Positions 53,980 to 64,000 of a DNA stretch of 64,000 bases are shown here, piece after piece. Below the pieces are notes generated by a model, which saw only the letters and a list, made by a program, of their open reading frames with translations, was not told the origin of the DNA and ran no database searches. Position 1 is the stretch's first letter, and the number at the start of each line of letters is the position of its first letter. Origin of the DNA: Auanema rhodensis (Eukaryota; Animalia; Nematoda); the NCBI GenBank assembly GCA_964057225.1, contig OZ059895.1:16368001-16432000 (forward strand), written 5' to 3'. The translations under genes were made by a program, and so were the position numbers.

Positions 53980-54932
53980 TCATGATTCATGTAATCCACC
54001 ACGTAGACTGTTAAGCCAATCACGATTAAGCTGATCCTGAAAAGAAAACTCAACGTCATCATCAAACTTGCTCATAATATGATAATATAGCTACAGCATT
54101 ACATACAAACCTGATCCGTTTTTGGTTTCACAGCCTGAGGCTCCCATCTTCGTTTGGTTTTCCCATTATCATCTACATCATCATATCCATCAATACGTGT
54201 ATCTACCAAGGAAAAGCTAAGAAACAAGCATATTTGGATGTTACCAAGATTGAATGGTGGACGATTATCGATGGTTGAAGTAGTTGTTGAAGCTTTCATC
54301 ATATTCTTCTTCTTGCTTTTCTTGCTTTTCGTCATCGGCTTCACCATTTTCTCATCTGATCTCATCTGGTTTATCAGTTCAACTTCAAATTGTTTCTAAA
54401 AAGTTCATGTAGAGGAATTTTTCGAGGTTTTCTCTCTTTCTCATTCACTTTCTGCCGATCCCCCCCTTACCCTCTACTGGTTTTCTTCATATTATTCTAC
54501 TAAGTTGGTTGTTTTCTCATCTTTTTAAAACTTAAACCTATTCTATAACTATTATAATATATAGTTAAGCCTAAACCTATAAATACAAAAACATTTATAA
54601 TCTTCTATAAGATCTGAAAACAAAGCATGTTCTTGCTTCTGGCATAATCTCAGTAATTGATGTTGAAACAGCTTTAGGGACAGAGCGTGGGACAACTCAT
54701 TCGTCACCTTTATGTCAAAAACGGTCACATACAGGTCAATAAGGCTAGATCTATCATGTATATATGATTAAGCTAATACATCAACATAGTGTGAAAACCT
54801 TATTTATATCATATAAGATTAAATATATAGATTATACTTAACTATATGTTGATGATGTTGAAAGCATTTTGATTCTCTTACCTGCATTGGTGGCTGACTT
54901 TTGGATCGTTTTATGATTGTCGACGTCGACAT
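53980..54932 (-). CDS. Small (about 116 aa) hydrophilic protein of unknown function, probably 4 exons
   Basis: Exons 54932-54882, 54395-54245, 54202-54111 and 54036-53980 join in frame with canonical sites (CAG/GTAAGA, TTTTTAG, TTTTCAG). Product MSTSTIIKRSKSQPPMQ|KQFEVELINQ...NRPPFNL|DTRIDGYDD...KRRWEPQAVKPKTDQ|DQLNRDWLNSLRGGLHES. Confidence 0.6.
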
Positions 54933-55126
54933 TTCAACTTGACTTCATTCAAAAATCTTAGCAGAGACAGCTTCAACACAAGTACTAAGCTTGTTTCATA
55001 TGAAAACTTTAATGCTTTACGTGTGTATCTATGAGAAGTTGCTAAGCTATTTCAATTATTACCGCCTATTGTTTAGCTGAACAAAGCTCAAAATGCCTCA
55101 AATTGTTGCCAAGGAGGGTGGTGGAA

Positions 55127-55157
<31 letters not shown>

Positions 55158-57508
55158 CTTGTATTGATGAGGATAGAGAGAAGTGGCTGTCATTGAAATT
55201 GAAAAGAAATCGAAGAACTTTGTACATTTAATATTTGATTGTTATAATAAAAACACATAGTATATATAGAAAAAGGAAAAATAAATGAATTTTTAACTGA
55301 AAAACAAACCTTTTATGGCTTTTTTCTGTTATTTTAATAAATACAGTAAATTATTTTATATATTAACTATATATATATAGTTAATAAATTATTGGAATAG
55401 TTTAAGAGAAAGATTGTAATCATGTTTCATACATCAAATCATTCTAATTTTATTTTTTTGGAAATTTTATTTAAAGCTAATTGTATTTTGAAGATATAAA
55501 ACGTCGTCCGGAAAAACGTCATCTGATAATGGTGTGGCACATGTAGAAGTCTGTTTACCAGCTTTCATAAACCCCCCCCTCTCTCTCTCTCACCTTTTTT
55601 CTATTTCTCTATCTCCTTGTCTCAATTTTTGAGTTTGAGGCAACATCAACAGGAACACAGCATTATTAGATTATATAAAAATAATATTTGAACACGTTCT
55701 CTCCCTCTCATCCCTCTCTCTCTCTCTCTCTCTTGCTCCTCGGTTCTCTCATCAATCTATGCATACAAGGGAGTCAATTAACCTCCGGAATCCATGATTT
55801 ACGATCGAGGTTGACCAGTTGTTTTCATTACATCGTCTGTGGGAGATGAAACATAAAAAGTTGGATTGTCAAGAAGTGGTTATCCAATATAGTTAGGTCG
55901 ATTGAAGGTATTGTATAATCTATCTCATAACAGTGTATTACTATATGATATAGTATTGTAGATGATGAGAGATTGACAATCAAATATGAAGAAAAGAAGA
56001 TCTCATTAGGTTATGTTCTTGAACCATGTATGGGAATTGTCTCATTTAGTTTGATCACCAAACTTTTTTTTTATATGAAGTCGCTTGTAAATCATATTCT
56101 GAAGATGATAATGATCATACAGACATCTGAGATGTAGATGAATTATTTCCGAATTTTCAAATTCTTTCTTTCTCTCTCCCCTCCTGCCCTCCCCTCTCTC
56201 TCTCTCTCTCTCTCTCTTTTTAAATTCAAAAGTTTATGATAAAACTAAGCACTGGTTGTGATTGGCCATCCGCTATACAGATACTACAACCGTTTATTAC
56301 ATCAAACGTCACGTCAAATGAACTACGGGCTCAGCGTCACGTTTCACGTGATAAACCACGTGGCTTTCTGATCTTGTAATTATCATATCAAAATTTTACC
56401 AAAAAAAAAAGGCAAAGAGCGAATTATATTTGATTTGAACGAATGTTCTCTCTCTCTCTCTCTCCCCTCTCTCTCACTCACTCTCTCTATAACAGTCTCC
56501 TTCAAACTTTAAGTAACTGGTACCGTTGGAGAACAACCCATATTGTCCATTCAAAGACTTATAAAGTTTTTTTTAGTTTTTTTTTAAAATATTGCAATAA
56601 AAAAGAAAAACAAACTTGATAAACTTGAACTACAGCATATGTTATAACAACATATATATTACTGTTTTTGGTTGTATTATTATTAGAAACAATAACAATA
56701 GTGCCATTCTGAGAGAAATATCATCAGCTGTACCTTTAGTCAGTCAGTCAACTAGTGTGCAACAACCTTTTTCCAACTTTTTTTTCATCAAGAAGACAGC
56801 ATTTCAAGTTTTTTCATAATATTCTCATATAGTATATAATATTTATAATTATATATATATATATATATATAAACATATATTATTCTTAATACAAAGGTTG
56901 TATACAACATGTTTCATGGTTGTCATTGGTTGTCGTTGAGTCGTCAGGTCGTCGTCGGTTGATCGTCTTCTTCTGTCGTCGAGAAAGTTTTTTTTTCTTT
57001 TTTTTTTGTAATTGTAATACGTGTTGATTAACTATTTTCTTTTGTTATCTTTAAAACTGTAATGTATTAATTGGTTTCATAGGGAAAAAAGGAGAGAAAA
57101 GTTGAAAAAAAGAATTCTTTATCATCATTGAAACAACAGAAACAATAGTTGCGGAATTATCTGTAATGATTGCGAAGAACACGTAGAGAGCATTGTCGTC
57201 GTCGTGAAATTACAATCATTGTCTCCAGAAGTCAATCACTCAACGAGTAGTAGTACGATGATAGAGAGAGAGTGAGAGAGAGAGAGAATGGAAAGAAAAA
57301 GAGAGAAATGATGTTAAAACGTGTCAGATAAGTGATAGATATGGAAAACTGATGCAGTTCTTCTAACTGTGAAAAGGTGAAAAGAAGTCAAAAAAAGAAA
57401 GAATAAGAAGTTTAAAGAGCGAAAACGCAAACGGAATTTTGCTTTCTCTCTCTCTAGATCTCTTTTCAATTTTTGATTTTCTTTAAGTAATTCTCTCCCC
57501 TTCTCTCC

Positions 57509-57549
<41 letters not shown>

Positions 57550-57954
57550 AAATCTTCTTCTTGCTTCCTGCAGCGTTTTATTTGTATATCATTCTTCTTA
57601 ACATTTAAAAAAACCAATTAAATTGAAAAATATTGAAGAACAACGACGACAATGATGATTCTCATCATCATATCTAAGATTTTTTTTGATCAAACAGAAC
57701 ACAATTTTAGAAACTTTAGGCTGTGTGCTGATCAACATGATGCATGAGAGGTGGAACAATGCTGGTCATGCTATCAAGCATCAGTAGCATACATGTCATG
57801 ACGATGATCTTCATGATCTAACAATCATTCATCTGAGCGATAATCAAAGATATAGTTTATATAACTGATAAGAAGAATAAGAAGAGAATGTCAAAGTCTG
57901 AGGATTCTGTCTGAATATCGTTCCATCTGCCTTAACCCCCTTTACTAGTCTTAC

Positions 57955-58077
<123 letters not shown>

Positions 58078-58794
58078 TTCAAACAAGGGCAATTATTAAA
58101 TTTTTTGTTTTTTTTTCTCTGTTCTTCTAAAAATAATTTTTTTTTGTTAAGATTATATGATTATATGTATTAATAATCAACTTAACTAGTTAAAATCTTG
58201 TAAAAGAATGATAAGAAAATCAAAAAATATTTATGATTGATTAGCTTTTAGTTATCGTTGAAACATTCTCTATATCATTGAAGGTTTTTCATTAGAATTT
58301 CCTAAAAATGATGTTTTCTGGTCATTTAACATGCTGGTATGATCATCTTCCTATCAATAGGTTAGAAGCATTATAGGTTTTATAAGCTTCACATCCAAAG
58401 AAAAATCATTAAAGAACATGGAAAAGCTGAAATACAACTAGATGAAAGCTTCACTTCTTACTTGAGATACACATAGCACAGCTGAGGATATAGAAGTGGA
58501 TGTATAGCTTCTATACTGAAGCTACAACTCCTCAGAGGATGTCGTTAGAGTGAAGCCATATTAGAAAGCAACTTTCTGTTTTCTCTGATAATTCCTCTAT
58601 TGGAGAGATTACTGATGCTGATGGACATAGAAGCCTCTAGCTTCTATATTACTCTATGTTCTTGCAAGATTCATACATCGTTTGTTGACCCCCTGCTTTT
58701 TGTTCTTTCTTGTGTTCACATCAGAATCAAAGTATTGTAAACCGACGTAAAATCTGATGAGCCCTAAAGAATATGATGATGTGATGATCTCTGC

Positions 58795-58839
<45 letters not shown>

Positions 58840-59854
58840 TTCATATATATGTTCTGCTATTGATATCATCATTTTCTTCTAATCATGACCTAATAAGGAG
58901 GGGATGAGAGAAGATTGCAATTGTCTGTTTCATCCCCTCCCCTAAATCACCTCAGCTAATTTGAAAATTAGAAATACACACAGATAACATGTAAAATGAA
59001 TGTTTCCGAATCATGACAACGATATCAGACTGCTATCAGTGTCATGATTCCTAGTGGTGATGACGACGACGACGACATCATCAGCTATTATCGCCATTAG
59101 TCCGTTCATCGATGACGACTGACCACGACGTTTGTCGTCTCATCTCATCAACGTCTTCTCGTCGCCGTTAGCGTCACCATCGACGGAAATCTGATTATCA
59201 CTAGTTCTTCGAAACATATACATGCTTCCATACATGCCTTTTTCTATTTCGGCGGCCAAGCAAGTCAGGCAGAAGGAACGTATGATGATCGATCACACCG
59301 ACCTGGTTCATATTCTTCTGAGATTTCAAATCAGTTTCTCACATGTGTCTAAGCTACAGCTTGGCTTTACTTTGGTTCAATGTTCTTTATATGGAACATG
59401 ATAATGCTTGTAGATGTTAACAGCTTGACCAAGTTGATCATGATGATGACGAGCATCTCATCGGATGTTATAACTAACTGGTTGAAGTTTTTTTCTAAGT
59501 GAAATTGTTGTTCAAATATAACAAGAAATACAGAAATATGTTCTTTCTCTCTTTCTCCCCCCCCCTTTCTCTCTCTGTTTTTCTCTCTCTCTTTCTCTTT
59601 TTCTCAGGTCACATTTCGATTTCCAGAAAATTACGAAGATTGGGGTTAGGTTTGACTATCAATATCATCCTTTCCAATGTGTCAACCATGTTTCTTATTT
59701 GCAAATCATCATGCTAGTAGTATCTGAATCTCTTTTATCATCAACATCTTCAGGAACCAAGTTCAGAAGGAAACGACTACAACGCCAATAAGGGTACACA
59801 CTACAGTACAGACCATCGTTGTTACTTCTCAAAGAGCAGATGCCTGAGAGAGAA

Positions 59855-59923
<69 letters not shown>

Positions 59924-61158
59924 CTCTTAATGCTAGCAATGCATTCATTCGACTACATCTACATGATACGATATACCAGTAGTGTGGCAGCTCATGAAGA
60001 TGCCTCTGCTACGGCTACTGACGCTATTGATAATGATCATGAACATATGGTTGTGATTAACTATATGTATAGTTAACTGATATCTGACTACTCTAATGAT
60101 GGAAGAGTTCATTGTTGAATGGCAATTGAGTTACCTTTGATCATTTCCTAGATCATGATGTTGTTTGTTTTGTTTATTTTTTTGTTTGTTTAAATAATAA
60201 TAAACATTGAATTAGTTATAAGAATTTATTGTTTTAATCTTTTCATGTACAAATCCGTCTGGAATATATTATAATATGTATTTTTGAGAAGAAAAAAAAG
60301 AAAAAGTTGTTATAATTGGGAGACGCGAGAGGAGAAGGAGGATGTTGGGTAGGGAGGGGAGAAGAAGGGGAAAAGCTTGAATCGATTGAAAGATAAAAAA
60401 AATCTTATTTTTGAATAATCAAATGAAATACACAACATGTAAATACGACGGAATCTTTAGAGCTTGTGTTAATACTGTATTCTCACCTAAGTAATTGGGC
60501 TGATTTGATGATTTTGGGACTGGATTGGAGAAACTAGGAGTAGGAGATGGAGGATGGATAGGCATTTGAATGATAAAATTGAATTATAATACTATATGTA
60601 TAGTATATAATAGAAAGAAGGTTTTCGGATGATATAGATGGAAAGTGTATGTGTCATGTTGCTTAGATAATATGGCTGTTAACTATATGGTATAGTTATG
60701 ATAAAAGCTTAAAAATTAGTGAAGAGAAGACCAAAAACAATCGAAATTTGTGATGAGATGAAGAAAGGGAGGAAAAACACTCATGTTCATCACTCATCAA
60801 AAGGTATTCAAAGCCAATATCCAATGATGTCCTTAGTTTGGAGATGAGGAAGGAGGAGGAAGAGATGAATAAGAAGGAAGAAGAAGAAGATATTGAAATG
60901 AGAAATATATACTGATAATACAAATAACCGAAAAATAAATGAAAAATCAATAATATATCAAGTCTTATAAAGAGAAATAGAGAGAGAGAGGGAGAAGAGA
61001 GAAGAGAGAGAGAGATGGTAGAATTTGGAAACAAAAAACGGAAAAAACAAGAAAAAAAGCAAAAAAGGTACTGGGAGAAACACACACACACACAGTATTC
61101 AATCAGTCACAGAATTATGAACAAGTAATACAACGAGCAAAAATAAATTTTAGAATAT

Positions 61159-61189
<31 letters not shown>

Positions 61190-61668
61190 GGAGGGGAAAG
61201 GACAAAACACTGTTCTCGGGATTGGTATGATAAACGGGAGAAGGGAATGATGATGACAATCAATTACCTTCAAAACTAGAGCTCTATGTTATGATTAAGA
61301 TTAAGAATAAGTTCGTGTTGAGACCCTTAAATGTGCCGAAGAAAAGGTTTTGAAGAAGAAATTTTAATAAAGAAAAAATATATTATATATGTCTAGTTAT
61401 GTATATTATATAATAAAAAAAAAGGAAAAAGAAGACAATTGGGAGACAATTTATTTGAAAAAAAGGTGGAAAAGAAAACATTAAGAGAGAGAGAGAATAT
61501 AGAAAGAGAATAACAAAGAGAGAGAGAAAGAGAGATAGATCTGAGGTTCATGAGAAGCTTTCTGTTGTCTTTTAGTAGAATTGTTTTTTTAAAATATTAA
61601 TAAAACTACTAAAATTATATTAAAGAATTATGTAAATTTAACTAGATTATTGATTGAAATGATTTGAG

Positions 61669-63269
61669 CTAGTTGGCGGACGACGGTGAGGGTGATCGTG
61701 ACGGCGACTTTTGCGGCGTGGATGAGGACGTCGTCGTGCTAGCAACGGAGGTGGGAGTCATGGAAGTCTTTTCATCATCAGATGACGATGACACCAATTT
61801 TGTCTGCTCTTGTGAAGCTGTTGAAGAGGTAGGACTGACAGATGACTGTTCCGGGAATTGTTCTGAAAATAGATGAGAATCAGTATAATACTAGATAGTT
61901 AATTTCAAGTTGATTTTAAGTTTTTCAGCTCATAGTGTTCTTTCTCCCCCCCCCCTTTTCTTCAGTCCCTCCCTCTCTCTTTCTTCCCAAATTGAACGAA
62001 CACCGCAACCTGATAAGGAGATAGTGAACTGTGACCGAGGCTGTGCCCACACTCTTGATTAATCCGTTTCATTGACTTCTTCTCAAATACATTTTCTGTG
62101 TTCTGTCACTCATATACACCTGCACCTTATCAGTTTTTTGATTTTTCCTATTGTTGGCCAAAAGAAACAAATTTTTTGACAGAAGATTAAGATAAAGAAC
62201 TCATGTTATATGATATAATTAATTTGTATTAAAGTCAAATATTTGATAAAGAAATAAAGAAAATTCTAGAGATTTGAGTCGTTGACGACGACGTCTTCAA
62301 TGTATTTGAGAAGAATCGGATAGCTTTCGCATTTCCGGATCTGTCAGTTCAGATTGCACTTGAATAGCTGAGGAAGTGCTACCGTATGATCTGTGCAAGT
62401 TTAATGTATTTCGTTGCTCTGAATTTGCTCTCTTTGAGAGAGTTTGAGCTTGAGAAACAAAAAAAAAGCTTCATCTCTATCTTTTCACTCAGACTTTGAC
62501 CATATTTCAATCAGTTTTCAATCAAAAATTTGATATAAAACAGAACTTTTGAGAGGAAAGGATGTGAAGGTTGAATTTTTAAAAATGGAAAAATTGGTTC
62601 ATAAAACTAACCGTTTGGCTTGGAAGCCTGAGATGCAGATGTGGCGGTAGGCTGAATACCGGAACCGGGTTGATTGAAGGCAGCCAGAAGCATTGGATTA
62701 AAAGCATAAAAATTTGGAGGAATAGAAGCTGATGCTTGTGGCGATGACATCATTAGCCGTTGATAGGCGGCTAATAACTGTTGAGATGATACGCCATTTG
62801 AATAGAATTGCAACATATGCTGTGGGAAGTTCAATGAGCCGGCAGCGGCATCAGAAGATGAATCATCCTGTAATCATGAGTTGGTTAGATAGCCGCACGG
62901 CACGATAAACTTCATTACCTTCATTATTGCTGCAGATGGACCACAGTCAGCCATGGACGAGTCAGCGGATTCTTTACCGTTTTCAGCTGCTTCAATGGTA
63001 TCGGCAATGCTCCAGATGGGCTTCTTCTTGGGAACAGGAGCATCTCCATCAGCGTCATCAGACTCCAGAAGTCGGTATCGTTTCAGTTGTCGTTCAGTAT
63101 CCAGTGGTTCATCATCCTTCACATCATCAGATACATTTGAGTTTGAGCTGGATGGGCGATTCATGTTGTCGAGATCATCATCGTCACCGTCTTCAACACG
63201 ACGGTTAGGTGGAGTCCATTTCTTTTCCTTCTTCAGGCGACGTCTAGCGTTGGCGAACCAGGTTGAAAC
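61669..63269 (-). CDS. irx-1: Iroquois homeobox protein, last three coding exons (5' part outside the window)
   Basis: Exons 63269-62919, 62867-62612 and 61862-61669. VSTWFANARRRLKKEKKWTP is followed by an acidic tract and the IRO box KKKPIWSIADT. Confidence 0.92.
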
Positions 63270-64000
63270 CTTAAATAAAGCATAGATTATTGATTGAATT
63301 CGAGCATTTTTAAAGTTTTTCTTAAAGTTTAAAAACGAAAAAGTTGGAATATGTCCCTATTTCTCTCTATAACTATATCAACTATATTTCCCAAATTGAA
63401 ATGATTAGATAGGGCTGTCAAAAAGAAAAAAGTTGATGTAAAGTTTGGCGCGAAATGAAATAAAATTTGAAAAATATTCTTGATTTTCAACTTTTTTAAT
63501 GAAATCTTTATATGATTTGTATGTTTGTATAGTTATATATAGTGTGTCTATGTCAGTTGATAGTTATCTCGAACAAGATGGACTACACAAGGACATACAA
63601 GGAAAGTTGTCGTAAGAAAATCAGATGAATTGACAGCTGAACGACGATGATGTCTACACACATACACAGCAGCACATCGACGTCGACAGACAATCAGAAG
63701 GAAAGTTCTCATCATCATCATCATCATAACCGTTGGTGTTGTCGTCGAGAATAATCTCTATTCTCTATAACTCTCACATACTTCTGCTATTACCGCGTAT
63801 TCAGCAGCGTAATTTCATCACACAAAATCATTCGGATGTTTGAAAATGTTTTTTTTTTGATTTCTACAACCCTGTTCATCAGCTTTTTCATCTCATTTTC
63901 TGTCATATTTGCATGAAAAATGATTTAATGAAATGAAAATTTGTATGAACACGTTGTGCCAGCTGTGTGCCTTGAACAGCAGATTCAGCCTTGAGTTGTC

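Overview
AT-rich genomic DNA from a rhabditid-type nematode. Most introns are 42-60 nt, so the ORF track fragments every gene; I assembled the gene models by hand from GT..AG junctions. The first 13.7 kb is a compact, operon-like block: the 3' part of tubulin chaperone D, a LOTUS/winged-helix + Tudor gene, strumpellin/WASHC5 (-), cytochrome b5 and smg-5. An 11.4 kb non-coding gap follows, then unc-37/Groucho, a two-pore K+ channel with degenerate filters (-), alanine aminotransferase, aex-6/Rab27 (-), a protein tyrosine phosphatase (-), a divergent Iroquois-class homeobox gene (+), a small 4-exon gene of unknown function (-) and the 3' part of irx-1 (-). The strongest unexplained signal is a set of GC-richer islands that fold into nested 7-17 bp helices with G.U wobbles on the + strand. 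They fill the smg-5 to unc-37 gap (about 15.5-24.5 kb), the single large smg-5 intron and the region 5' of the aminotransferase. The smg-5 intron also has a proximal acceptor that would give a PIN-less isoform with a premature stop. All helices were found by eye; none has been tested by folding statistics or covariation.
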